This document shows positions 40,490-54,660 of a stretch of 64,000 bases of DNA, piece by piece; the stretch's first letter is position 1, and every line of letters starts with the position of its first letter. Source of the stretch: Lama guanicoe (taxonomy: Eukaryota). The translations under genes and the position numbers were made by a program. The stretch covers positions 3,229,589 to 3,293,588 of the forward strand of contig MU053994.1 of the NCBI GenBank assembly GCA_013239625.1, read 5' to 3'. The notes beneath the pieces were generated by a model. That model had not been told where the DNA came from and searched no databases. It saw nothing but the letters and a program-made list of their open reading frames with translations.

Positions 40490-43030
40490 TTTCCAATGAG
40501 GTTGTCACTGATTTACACTCCCAACAGTGTACAATTCCCATTGTTCCACTTTCTTGTCTACACTTGGTATTATCAGTCTTTAATTTTAGCCATCATGGTG
40601 AACAAGTAATGAAATAACACTGTGTTTTGAATTTGCAATTCACTGATCGTTAATGAGACTGAGTACCTTTTCATACGTTTACTGGCTATTGGATTTCCTC
40701 TTTTGCTAAGTGCCTGCTGAAGTTTTTTGACCACTTTCCTATCCAGTTGTCTTTTTCCCATTGATTTGTAGGGATTTTTTATATGGCCTGAATATTATAC
40801 CTTTGTTAGTTATATGTGTTGCAGGTATCTTCTTCCACTCTGTGGCTTGCCTTTGTACTCTTTGAATGGTATTTGATGAACATAACCTATTTTAATTTAG
40901 TTAAATCTAGCAATGTTTTCTTTTATGGGGAATATTTCTGATATCTTGTTTAAGAAATCCTTCCCTGTCCCTGAAGATATTCTCCAATATTATGTTCTCA
41001 AGGATTTATAGTTTTGTCTTTCATGTTTTGGTTTTTAATACATTGAAACTGATTTTTGTATATGCTGTGAAGTTAGGGGTCCAATTTCTCGTTTTTTTTC
41101 CCCCTCAATGGATACCCAATTGTCCCAGCATGACTTATGGAACCATATGTCATTCAGTCCTCACTAGTGACTATGAGTGAGAGTGTTTAGGGGTTCTCTT
41201 TGGTCTATTTTGTAGCCCCCCCCCCAACTGTGGGAACAAAGGAACAAGCCTTGGGCTGGAGTGGTAAACAAGTTACAGAAAGCTGCAGACTCAGAGGTGA
41301 GAAGGCTGGTTAGCCAAGGATGGGTAAGATCCCCAGAGGGGGGCAACCTAAGACAGGCACAGCCGCCTGAGGCCAAGAAGAATGTTTGAAGCAGCCGTTT
41401 CTCATACATTCCGCCCTGATAAGCTGTAAGGCTCGCTGGTGCCAACACGAACATGATTTACCAAAACATAAAGGGTCTTCTGACCTTGAGCCAGACGCTG
41501 CCTATTAACCATTTCCCTTGTCATTCTTCTTTGCTATATAAGGCTGTACAACTTAATAAAGCTTCAGAGTAGCCATCAGCTCTCTCCGCATATGGTGTGT
41601 ATGTGTAGATGATACTGCGACACTGACGTATTTGAGCATCTCTAAGCCCTACCTTATTATCTTAATTACTACAGCTTGACAATAAGTCTTGGTGTCGGTG
41701 GAGCAAGGCTCTAGAAGAGCATCTTGACTATTCCTGGCTCTGTGTATTGCCATGAAAACTTTAAAATTAGCTTGTTAATTTCAAAAGGGTTGGGATCAAA
41801 TTGAATCTATGAATCAATCTGGGAGAAAGAGACATCTTTACAATATTGAGTCTTCTAATCTCTGAATACAGTATGTCTCTCCATTTACTTAGGGCTTCTT
41901 TAATGTCTCAATAAGTTTTATAATTTATCCTCTAAATGTCTTGAACATCTTTGTTTCATTAGTTCCTAGGTTGTTGATTAAAAAAGAAAATTTTATAAAT
42001 GGTATTTTAAAAAATTTGTAAAATTCAAACATATACAAGAGTAGAGAATAGTGTAACAAACCCAAAATACCTACAACCCAGCTTCTTCGACATCTTCAAC
42101 ATTTATTAATGGCTTTGCTATATCATGGCTTGCTTTGTTTTTACAACCTACCCATTTGAAGATTATTTTGAAAAAAATCCAAGTTTGTATCATATCCTCT
42201 TTAAATATCCTTAAATTCCCTTTAAATCTCTAGGTTCCCCTCCTCCCCTTCTCCCTTTTCTTCTTGCAATTTATTTGTTGCAGAAACTGGTTGTTTGTCT
42301 TGTAGTTTCTGAGTCTGGATATTTCTGATTTTACCCCTATCACGTCTTTAGTAAGCCACTCTGTCTTTTGCATTTCCTGCAAATGGCTAATTAGATATAG
42401 AGGCCTGATCAAACTTAAGTTCTATTTTTCTTTGCAAGAGTACTTTATAGTATTACGGTGCTGCAGGTTATATAGGGTATTAAAAATTATTTTCTGCTTG
42501 TGGCTGATAAATAGAAACATAATTGAATTTTGTATATTGATTTTATATCAGTCATCTTGCTAAACTCTTATGTTAGTTCTAATTGTTTATCTATAGATTC
42601 CTTTGAATTTCTACACAGAATCATATTACCTGCAATATTTTTTTCCTTTCCAATGTTTGCTGTAGGTTGATTGTAGATGCTCTCAATCAAGGTAAGGAAA
42701 TTCCCTTCACAGTTTGTGAGAGTTTTAATCATGAATGGCTGTTGAATTTTAACAAATGCTTTTCCCATATCTACTGATATGATCACATGGACTTTTCTTC
42801 TTTAGTCTGTGCATATGGGTTGATTGGTTCTCAAATGTTGAACCAGCCGTGCATTCCCAGTACAAATTCTACTAACATTTTTCTGAGGATTTTTGCATCT
42901 GTGTTCATTAGGGATACTGGCCTGCAGTTTTCTTTTCTTGAATGGCCTTTATTGAACTCTGGTATCAGGATGCTGCTGCCATCATGAAATGAGTTGGGAA
43001 GTGTTCTCTTCTATTCTCCTGAAGAGATTT
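40490..43030 (-). mobile_element. Old L1M fragments interrupted by other insertions
   Basis: Antisense L1 ORF2 remnants (MIISVDMGKAFVKIQQPFMIKTL). Confidence 0.7.
41229..41622 (+). mobile_element. Solo LTR
   Basis: TG...CA ends, TATATAA at 41535, AATAAA at 41555; flanks ccaac/ctgac fit a CpG-decayed 5-bp TSD. Confidence 0.7.
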
Positions 43031-43398
43031 TCCTCCATGTCTCTTACTCTCTCTTCACCGAGAACTTTATTTTTAATTTACTTATTTATTTTTGGTTAGG
43101 AGAGAGACATTTATCGGGAAACACTGTGAACTCTTAGCAACAGTATCAAAGTCAATCTCCATATATGATCTAAGCGGCATACAGAGGCGGCTGATGAAGC
43201 CTTCGCTTTGGGAAGCCTTTCAGTCCCAGCCAATATGTACTGTCAGTCATAACTACAGCTTCTGTGAGGCACAGTATCTTCGGAAACATAAACAGAACTG
43301 AGGAATTTTTGACAGGTTAAAAGAGTCAAAATCCTGACCTTGTGAAGCTTATGTTACAGTGTATAGAGTATCTTAAATGTTCATAAACTTAAAAAATT

Positions 43399-43527
43399 AG
43401 GGGGGAGGGTATCGCTCAGTGGTAGAGTGTATGCCCAGTATGAACAAGGTCCTGGGTTCAATCCCCAGTAGCTCTGTTAAATGAATAAATAAACCTAATT
43501 ACCTTCCCCCACCAAAAAAAAAAAAAA
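43399..43527 (+). mobile_element. Vic-1-like SINE
   Basis: tRNA-like head, ggttcaatccc B box, A-rich tail. Confidence 0.85.
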
Positions 43528-44154
43528 CTAAGCAGTTTTTAGTAGGAACTTGTGGTGTGGCCATATGTGGTGTAATGATCGAGGAATGAAACAGATTTTT
43601 ACCAGCCACTCAGGAAATGAATGTTATTTCTTTTAGCTCAGTAAGTGCAAGGAAACCGTGTTAGAATTTAGGTCAACCTGGAGGGAAATTTCAAACACAT
43701 GTTTAACATTTTATCGCTGACTTGGATGAGGATCTAGTAGGCAAGGGAAAGGATGACAGATTCAGGGACTCAAATCATACCAAAGGACCAGACTGATGGG
43801 CCTTGTCAAACAAGATGAAATTTATCAAGAATAAGGTAAGGCATTTGGGTCCAAAAAATTTGATTTTTCACCTAAAGGACATGAACAATGTGACTTGATA
43901 GCAACATCTGAACAGAGCTTCCGGATCTGGCTGATGGTACTGTTTCAAATCTTTCTCATTAGTATTGCATGTCCACTGACATTCTAGAGACCAATGCACT
44001 TTTCCAACAAGGGACTCTGCTCTTTCCCCTCAGTTGGGAATGCCTTCCTATACCTTCAAAGTCCGACTCAGGTCTTAAGGAACATACTGCACAGTGGGCC
44101 TCTTCCTCATCATCCCAGTTAGAATTTCGTTCTCTCTCTACAGCTTTTGCAGCT

Positions 44155-44540
44155 TTACTGAGTTCAGTTTTTCTGCAATAAACTGAACATAATATATCAA
44201 GTGTACAATTTCATCAGTTTTGACATACTATACATCCCATGAAACCATCACTACAATCAAGATAACATTTTCATCACTCCAGGAATTTTCTTATGCCCCT
44301 CTGTAATCCCTCCCTCCTCCAGTCCCCACAAAACTGTCACTATAGATTAGTTTTGCATTTTCTAGAATTTTATATAAATGGAATTATACAGAATATTCTT
44401 TTTTGCCTAGAAACTCAGCCTAATGATTTTGAGTTTCACCCGTGTTGTTGTATCAATAGTTCATTCCTTTTTATTGCTTCACAGCATCCCATTGGATGCA
44501 TATGCCATCATTTGTTTAATCATTTACCAGTTGATTAAAA
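44155..44540 (-). mobile_element. Old L1M 3'UTR fragment
   Basis: catgaaaccatcactacaatcaagata...ttttgcattttctagaattttatataaatggaa. Confidence 0.7.
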
Positions 44541-46658
44541 CTTAAAACAATTTTAGCTATTCTAGTAGGTGTGTGGCCACTGAGTTTTTATTACTCCATT
44601 TTTTTGTTGTTCTTGGAAATTCCTTTTGGTCCTTTAACAAACCTGCTATGCCATTCAATTGTTTTTCCTGTTTTCTGAAGATTTTTAAAAAGACTGTTAC
44701 TGAATTTTAGAAGTCTGCTTTAATAAGCACAGTTGTTTAAAACCTTTGGTCTCCTACTTGCAGTATCTGAAGTGGGCTTGAGTTTCTTCCTGGCACCTGT
44801 CATTTCTGTCAGGGCTCCCTGGTTTCTGTGTGTGCCTGCTTATTTTGACCTGCTGGTTGCTGCCGTTGAGAAAGTTTATGTGGGGGGTTAGGACGAACTT
44901 GAGGATGTGGTCTAGGATAGAAGTGTTCTCCTTCAGAGACGTTCATTTGTCCATAAAAGATATTTGAAACTATTAGTAAAGGGGAAGCTGCATATCAAGT
45001 GCATGGCTGGAGTTTCCCTGGCTGTCCCAGGCTCCGTGTACCTGGGTGCAAATCCATTCAAGGTAGACCGGCGGCCACAGTGTTTTCAGGGGACCTTTGT
45101 TCTCCTTTTGCCCCGCTCACAGACAAGGCACCTTCTCTGCAGTCCCCAGTGCTGAAGGGCAGTAAGGGCACGCATATCTGTTTGCCCTGAACCTGGACGG
45201 ATAGCCTTTTGCAGTGCTGACAATGTGGGATGTGTCTCCTAACAGATTCTTCTACTTGTACAGGCCTTATTAGGTCTTAACCCTGGTCCTCTGGCAGAGA
45301 AGGTTTCTGTGATAATGCCCTCCTGGCAAAATGGGCCAGTTTGGTACTCTAGGTTTTACTGCTCAGATTAATGGCTTTCATATAAAAATTGGTCACTGAG
45401 TCTCCCAATACCTTTTCAGTTTCCTCAGTGCTTTTAAGGTAATTTTCAAAAACATATTTTCTGTAGCACTTTTCATTTTCTTCAGCGGGAGGACTGATCC
45501 AAGTAACCTAGTCTACCATTACAGGAAACGGGAAGCAAATCTGCTTTTTCCACGGCCATTTCTCAGGCTTCCTCCACGGGACACAGCATTTTAGGTATCG
45601 ATGAGACGTGACTTACACAAATGATCTGACTAGGGAGCAGAGGTCTGGAATCTACATCATTATTTTCAACAAATTAATATATGGCAACATACAAGAACAC
45701 ATTTTTGTAAAATGTAAATATCAGTAATAACATGATAACATCACTATCAAAATGACGTTTCCTCCCACTAACGCTTAAACTGTTTCTAGAAGATCAGGCT
45801 GAAAGACAATGCCAGATGGAAGACTGCTGCGTCCTCTATCCGGGCCTATGTGTCCCCGTGTAAAGTGATGGCATCTGAAGTTGTTCCCAGCTCCAACATT
45901 CTAAATTTAAGAATATTTTTGGGAAACATGGGATAGTTGAAAGAAGTGATCAGGCAAAAGAGATTAACTGAGAAATCCCTTTAATTAGTGAAAAAAATGG
46001 GTGACAAAACAGCTCTAAATGTCAATGAACTTAATGCCTTTGGTCTCTTTAAGCCAAATTCAAGTATTTTAGAAGGAACTGGCACAGTGCCCTAATGGTT
46101 GTTATTTATTGTCAAGTGAAACAAAACTTGGACATAAAGTTATCTTTTTTGCTCTAGATTTCTGATATATTGCCAAAGTACCAACAAAGGTAAACCTGTC
46201 AACATTTTTCAAAAAATAGTTAAACTAAGCAAATTGTAACAATAATAGCGGAAATAGATTTTACCAAATATATAGTAATCCATGACCCCTCTCAGGTAAA
46301 AACATGTCTAAAAACTGTCTGATGTGTCTAAATACTGTCTTGGGGTTTTCACTGGTGGTGGAGTGGAATGGGGCTGGTGGGAGCAGGTGGAGGGGCAAGG
46401 AGAGGGGACACTTAAAAAATGCAATTCCAAAAGGATGGGAACAGCATACAGAAGTAGAGAGCTTTGATTATAGACCATGATGTGACCGTGACGCGAGGCT
46501 AGTCACCCAGCCTCTCTGCAAACCTTCCTCTCCTGTGTGAAACAAAGACCTGACGCTCTACGCAGGTGCTCACTCGGTGCTGATAAGTTAGAATTCTTGG
46601 ATGACTAACTTGAATTGCGTTTGGCTCACAGAGCAAGGAATATAGCAGACAGGTTTTA

Positions 46659-46943
<285 letters not shown>

Positions 46944-48621
46944 CTATAAAACAGGAGTTCGTAAGAAAAAATGCCAGGCTGATGTGAAAGAAAATAGTTC
47001 GCTCTAACTTAATAACCACACACTAACACTTACTACAATACAGACAGGACACTAGATGGTGAAAGCAAATGTGACGCATGGAAATACAACATAAAAAACT
47101 GCTACCACTAGAAACAATGCACTACCTTTGATGTGCACAGGATCAAATCTTGGCTGTTTTTATTTGGAGGGAACACTTAAGATGCTTGCTTAATAAAAAT
47201 GAAGACTTAATTTGTGCTTCTACTAGAACAGAATAGGCTTATAATTACAGAGGCGTATGCTTACCATTTTAAAATCTGCATACGTTTAGTTGATATTATG
47301 GATACGTTGTCATGATCATGGGGCAGCCTTTAAGCCACAAGCACAAGCACTCAGGGTAGGTTTTAACCCTAAAGCAGCACATGATCTAAAACTAGCAAGA
47401 AGTCTGTGTTAGGATCTTGTTGTAAAATGCCTGCATGACAACTGGCAGTGTGCCTATGCACTGCTGATAAATTGAAATGTACTTCGAAGAAACTTTTAAA
47501 GCATTTAAAAACAGTTTTATTTTTTAGACAGGATTTAGGCTTTATATTTGTATTTCACTCTTCTTAGAGAAGAAAAACGAACTGGAATCCTGGCTTTGCC
47601 AATGCAACACTTGAAATCAGCACAGAGCTTCAAGATATGCATAGTTCAAGGCTCTGAGTTTTATCCTCTATAAATGTAATCAGTAAATACTATAAAAGGA
47701 AACAGATTAGCACATAAGGGGTTATCATATGGCAGCATTTTATGAATTACTGGATTTCTAAATGCTTTCAAAGAAGGTGCTACATATTCACTGTTGTATC
47801 ACTTATGGGTGATTTCTGTCAGGTGCTAGCTTATGGAAATCTTAACTTCAGATCTGATTATTTTATTTAATAGCACATTTCAAGAAAAATCCCATAAAAA
47901 GTCTACTCTTAAAATTTCACTTGAATATTAAAGTTTCAGTCACTGTAAAACCAACCTGAAGGCTTTGGAACTATTGTGTAATTACTCTGTTTAAGTTTGT
48001 TTTCAGAAATCCAGCCTATAGTATTAATGAGTCTCTGCAGTTGCACCTCAAATCCACACTCAAAGTGCCACCAAACTGAAAGTTACTCGCTAGTGTCAAG
48101 CAGCACTTCACTTTTCACGTCTGAACTAACAGAGGCAGATTAGGACGTAAAGCCAGGATTTTTATGTTCTTATTGTTCATTGTAAATGGCTTTTAGAAAT
48201 ACATATGCAGATACAAATTAAGGAAAAGCCTTTAACTTTCAGATAACTATTGCTTAAGAATGTTCATCGGCATGCATGTACATTTTACTTATTCTTAGAA
48301 TTCTAAGAATTTTGCAACCTTAAAAAAATTTTTTCTACCCCAGAGGCAGGCCCATAAGATCCCCAAAGGCTGAATTCTTAACCATCAGCACAAAATGATC
48401 AGGTTGAAATTACAATAACCATCATAGCTACAAAGATGTTAGGAAAAAAAATCTTTATAGAGAATTAGTCATGTGTAATGTGTTAAAATGAAATGGTACA
48501 AGCTCTCAATGCTCAAATGTTATGGTCCAAAATGCAGACATTATGGGATGGAAAGGGTTAATAAAGGATTGGCTATTAGCAGCTCAGTTTAGAGAAGTTT
48601 CTATAGAGGGTATCTATTCAC

Positions 48622-48657
48622 CTGTCGTCCTTTTGGTTGGGTAGTTGATGGCAAGTC
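48622..48657 (-). CDS. CASK: CASK cassette exon (~exon 20), PDZ-SH3 linker
   Basis: 36 nt, phase 0/0, CAG|...|GTGAAT; DLPSTTQPKGRQ. Confidence 0.95.
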
Positions 48658-50039
48658 CTGTAGAATAAAGCCAACCCAGGAGAAAAATTTTCATTTACTT
48701 TTCAAAGAGTACAAGTAATTTGTGTGTTCTGTTACAGTATGATTAAAAAATGAGCTAGATTTAAGTTGTAAAAGAGATAATATACATTATTCCATTTCTC
48801 AGAAATGTTGAGTTATCAAAAAAAAAAAATCAAACCCAGGCCATTTAGCAGCAAGCTGAAGAAAGCAGGTAAGTTTAAGCAGAGAGAAAATGTGTTCTTA
48901 ACAACTCAGCATCTTCAACACAAAAGCCACTGCGAGTGAAATAGCCTATTAAAAACCACCCAAACTAAAAAGAGCTGTTGCCCTTTTCAACTTAGTCACT
49001 GCGACCATTTAGATTTTGAAAAATTCAACGGTTATGTGGGTTTTCACCATCTTAAAATTATTAAATGTTAACTGTTATAAATGAATTCCTTTGGTAGCCT
49101 ACTTTGAAGTTGCAAATAAAAGTCATAGGAAATTTTCTTCATAGGAAATCTTACTTATATCATTCCATTTGAGGTGATCTCTAAATTATATAAAATTTTA
49201 CCTGATAAAAAAGTTGATACATTTTCAAAGGGCAAATTAATAGTCAGGGGAAGAAAAGTGATACTGCTGCATCGTTAGAATTCTCATTATTTTTAACAGC
49301 AATATCAGCAACTTGGAGAAGATTTTGTTACCCCAAAATATTGCACACCTGCACCTATAAGTGCTTCCGTTTGTTTAAATAAATTAAACACAACTCTCTT
49401 TACATTCCCAAATGGATAGTTCTGGGAAAAAAAAGTGTAGAATTCCAAGTTCAAGTCAAAATTTGACGTACTTTGTGTTAAAGATGTGATAATAGCGTGG
49501 CTTAAGTGCAGTTTGAAGCCAGTTCCTTTTGCTTTTCATATCCAGGCAAGGCTTATAATTCACAAAAATATGTGCACGTACCACAATAACAGAGGGCACA
49601 CCAATTCGTAAACTTAGATAGCGGAAACTAAAACAGGTTGCTGGTATCACTCAGAACAGACAACTACAAAGCCCGAGAAAACCCAAATGCCTACTCTGCA
49701 GAATGCTAACATTTCTTTACCTTTCCCAAATTACAAAAAAAAAAAATGCTTAGAAATTTCAAGAAGTTTCCATTTACATACTTTGCATAACTTTGAGCAA
49801 AGTTCATAAATGGTAGTTGGGTGACACAGAAATATTTTGAGAATGACCAGAGTAGTCTTGAACTACATTTCTTCAAATTTAACTAATGAAAGGGATTTTT
49901 AATGAGAAGAAAATGAACAAGATTTTCCAGGAGTAAACTGCATTGTAGCTGTAGTAGCCTTGTATATTGGCAGAAGACAATTTCCACTGAACACATGTAA
50001 CTAGAACACTCATGGCAGGTGGCACCAACAAAATTGTCA

Positions 50040-50192
<153 letters not shown>

Positions 50193-52670
50193 TCACATCA
50201 ACAGTTACAACCACAGTCTGACAACCATTTCCTTTGAGGTTTTAGCTGTAAAGGTGCCATGCTGACTTACTTGCATGATTTCACAGAAGTATGAAAAGAC
50301 TTCTGCAGTTTGAAGACTCACATATTGTAACTGATGACCGTGTCATTCATTAATCTTTTCTTTCCAGTCTCCAGCATTCCATATAACCTTTGCTTTCTTT
50401 AAATGACACCCCAAAGAGTGACGATATTAAAACCCTATCAAGTACTGTAAAATGATGTATTACTATAAAATTATTGTGTTGAAGACCCCGACTGCCTAAT
50501 TTTTATTAAAAATTAGGTTTGAAAAGTATTTAACAATCTTGAGGTACCTCAGTGTCAATAATTACTGAATGACACAATCTGAAGGGAAGTGAGCCTCAAA
50601 AAAAAGACTTCTCATGTTGTAGTCACCTTAGAATCTTCCCAGGATAGACATAACTAATAGGGGTGAAAGAGAAGATATATGCCAGAAGAGAAATCTGTAT
50701 TCTTTAGATTATTTTAGCAGATTAATTAAAAGAATAATCTTGAGCCTCTGAAACATCATGCTTCTGGCAAAGATCCCAACAGCCACAGCCACGCTCCTCC
50801 CTAGATCTGCGCTCCTTGAGCCCACTGCTCTCTATACTATCTGACACGCTCAGAATCCGTTCCAGATTCCACTCTCTTATTGTCCAAATCAACTTTAATG
50901 TTAGAACAAGGAGAGGGTAAAAATAAGGCTTTAAAAATTTCTGGTTTACTAGAGTTCTTTGAAACCTTTGAAATGTGCATGACTGCTTAAAAGCCAGTTG
51001 CCTTTTCTAGAAGATTTAAGGAAAACTTCCGGAATTTGTTACCTTTTAAATAATGAGATCCCTTAGGTGAGTATTCTCTGATGTTAGTGAGCAGAAGGAC
51101 CCTGAGGGTGCCATCCCCAGAGATGCATATCAGTAGGGCCAGGGGGATGTAGGTGGCCAGAGAACCTTTTTTTGGGAAGTATTATTGTAGCTGGGAAGAG
51201 TCCAACCCTAGGCTTGGATTCTGCCAGAGCACAGGAGAGTCAAACAGATCAGAGGTGGGGCTAGGAGGGGAGTATCCTCTTTCCTACCATCCAGAGGCAA
51301 AGAAGGTAAGAGGAGCTCTTCTTACTCAAGAGCACAGAATTTATAGGTGTAATACTGGTTCCACCCCAAAACTAGCTCAACCACTTAAAAACACAAGAGA
51401 AACTTATGTTATATTAATAACCAACAGTATCTTCTAGCTAGCCAAAAAAGACAAAAATCAATTGTATTTACTAAATTTCCTCCATGATGAGAAATGATAT
51501 GAGGATCACCTGTGATTTTAGAATATCAAAATGCTTTATGTAAAACGTGCGCGTGACAGTCTCCCTTTTCCAGCAAGGTTTCTGTTCCAGGTAACAAATT
51601 TCAAAACTATAAATCCTGGAGCAGAAGTAGTTCTGTATTTTCTTTTGAAATATGGTATTAATTGAAGTTCCATAAAAAGCCACCAAGAGGAGCTCAAGAC
51701 CCGATAGAACAGAAACCCCAATTGTCATGGCTCACTAAATATATTTGACAAAACTCTAAATTCTTATACACATCTTCAATTCGTTTATGAAAAAACATGA
51801 AGCCTCTGATTTTTCTTGTGCAATTTATATCACTAGTAGAGACTGGCAGAAACATAATTTTTCCCTCAACTTCTCCTAAGTACAATATCAATTTTTTAGA
51901 TGAGTTCCAGTAAGTTGCCTGCCAGTCTTAAATATTAACTGGAGGAAATGTGTACTTCATATTGATGTACACATACTTGGAAGATACACACGAAAGAACA
52001 AGCTTCAAAGAATAATACTCAAACTGAATGTGCAATGACTGAAGGATGACGCCATTGATGCCAGTTCATATTTCCAAATATAAAAAGAATAGATTTTTGA
52101 ATCTCACTTGATAACCAACATCAAACTGAATAATACAGCTTGGAAAAGGTACAATTTCTATAGGATAAGCCTATTGCAAGAATGGAACTTTGGGTTTGTA
52201 TTACTTGAGAGAAGTTACCTGTTTATGAATCATGTAACATTCCAAATTTAAACAAATTCACAGAAGGTTGCAAAAGCCTATATTCCTCCAATAAAGTCAG
52301 TAATCAATTCCTCATAGACTTAACACCCATCTACCTGTCACAATTATTTGAACAACTACTATCTTAACCGAAACAGACCACTTCTCAGATTCTTAGAAAG
52401 AAGAACTATCCATGCAATTTCTCAATAAGGGAAGTGAATATACTTCCTGGAAATATTATTGTAATTATGATCTTTTCTTTTCCCCTCAGAGACTCCACTT
52501 GTTCTTTACTAAGTCTTTGTCATTGTTTGGAGCTTCTCTATATTTTGCTTCGATTCCAGCCTGCAGAAAGTTAAAGTGCTGAGGAGATCCCCAAGGAAGC
52601 AGGGCTGAGTAGGTGGATGGGACCTACTCTGTTCCGTTATCTTTGTTGTAAAATTGGTGTGCAGTGATCA

Positions 52671-52871
<201 letters not shown>

Positions 52872-53196
52872 TTAACAAACAGATGTTGCACACAAAAACA
52901 CATAAGAAACCACTGAAAACGTGTGGGGCCAATTAATGCAAGCCAGCTGAGAGTGCATGGGCTTAAAGCGAAACCGAGTTATAAAGCGGGGGTGTTCACA
53001 GTAACGGTGGGGGTTGTTTCTGGGAAAAGCCCTGCAAAGTCAAGGCTGAATGCGTTGTTCACGGAACAATGGTACAACAGACCTCCGATGGTTACCTTTT
53101 CATGGACATGAATACGGAAATCTCTTAAGTGACATGCCTTTCAAAAATGAATATAAATTGAACCAGACAGTAGAACAAGGAATTACACAAGAATTA

Positions 53197-53390
53197 GGGG
53201 GGAAGGTATGGCTCAGTGGTAGGGTGCGTGCCTACCATGGCACAAGGTCCTGAGTTCAATCCCCAGTACCTCCATTAAAAATAAATAAAAACCTAATCAC
53301 TGCCTCAAAAAATAAAAAAATAAAAATAAAAATGTGAAATTGTAAAAAAAAAAAAGTTTAAAAAATAATAATTAAAAGCCTTTAAAAAAA
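53197..53390 (+). mobile_element. Vic-1-like SINE with long A-rich tail
   Basis: tRNA-like head; short TSD aagaatta. Confidence 0.82.
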
Positions 53391-54046
53391 GAATTATACT
53401 TGGTAGGCTACATTAGGATGGTGTACTCCATAAAATATGGTTTTTATTTCATAATTTTGCCCTTATTTTTGACTACAGTGAGTCTGTGGTGCTTGTTTGA
53501 CCTTTAATAGCATTCATAACATGGGAGGCTGCGACAGTGCGGTGCCATTCTGTCCACCCGCCTCCCTTAAATCCAAAACCTAATCTGAACACAGATTTTA
53601 GATATATATGGTCAAAAATGGCCTGGTCTACTACAGTTCTCCTTTCCTCCGTGCTGTAGAGCAATTTAGTACAGCTGGCTATGACTCAGCTGAGCAGGAA
53701 AGAGGCTCCTGACACCGCTGATGTCAGCAGAGGTCAGTGAGAAAGTAGTTCACGGGTATGCACAACTGGGAAGGCTTTCTTTAAACATCTGCTTGATAAG
53801 AAACAGGAGACAAAGGATTGAAAGGGGAATGTACAAGCCCACACTGCTAAAGATGGGCAAAATGTTTCTCAACTTGGCTGCATGTAAACATTTTCCTAGT
53901 TGTCAGTTTTTATGAATGTTGCATAAGTTCAAGTCTACACAAATGATGGTACCAGACGTACTCTGATTACAAAAGAATGCCCCTTATTTGTGCATTAATA
54001 AACAAGCTAACGAACTGAAAGTCAATCTTAGAAAAAGAGACTTTCA

Positions 54047-54160
<114 letters not shown>

Positions 54161-54375
54161 TTATAAACATGAAATGATATATACTTTTATAACAATAAAA
54201 TCCAAAGGCAGCTATATATGTAATTTTTAAAAATTAGGCTGAATATTAAGGGCAAAGATTTCAGAACCAGGTACAAGTTAGGCTTACACAGTAAACTCAC
54301 CAAAACAGATACATCTACTTATGAAAGACACAGTTTGGAAAGACAGCTGTGAAATTCTGCTTGTTTTTCTGACAG

Positions 54376-54660
54376 AGGCAGTGTGTATATGGTGGTTTAA
54401 AAGTACGACTTCTAGATGTAGCCTGTCTGGGTTCAAATCTCTGCTTCATCACTTACTAGCTTTAAGATCTTGGGCAAGTTATTGAAACTCTCCATGTCTC
54501 TGTTTTCACATTTGTAAAATGGAGATGAAAACAGTACCTATCTCATAGGACTGTTGTGAGGATTAAATCAGTTCAGTACATGCAGAGGGCTCAGAACTGT
54601 TCTTGGCACATGCTCAGTACAACTGAGGTGTTTGTTGTCATTCTTATTATCATCATTATC
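54376..54660 (+). mobile_element. MIR SINE, near full length
   Basis: gggttcaaatct...cttgggcaagtt...tgtaaaatggagatg...ctcataggactgttgtgaggattaaat. Confidence 0.82.

Noticed and set aside
50271..50302. 32-nt CAG/GTAAGT-bounded segment upstream of the 69-nt cassette exon
   Set aside because: Frameshifting with a poor pyrimidine tract; cannot be told apart from a pseudo-exon.
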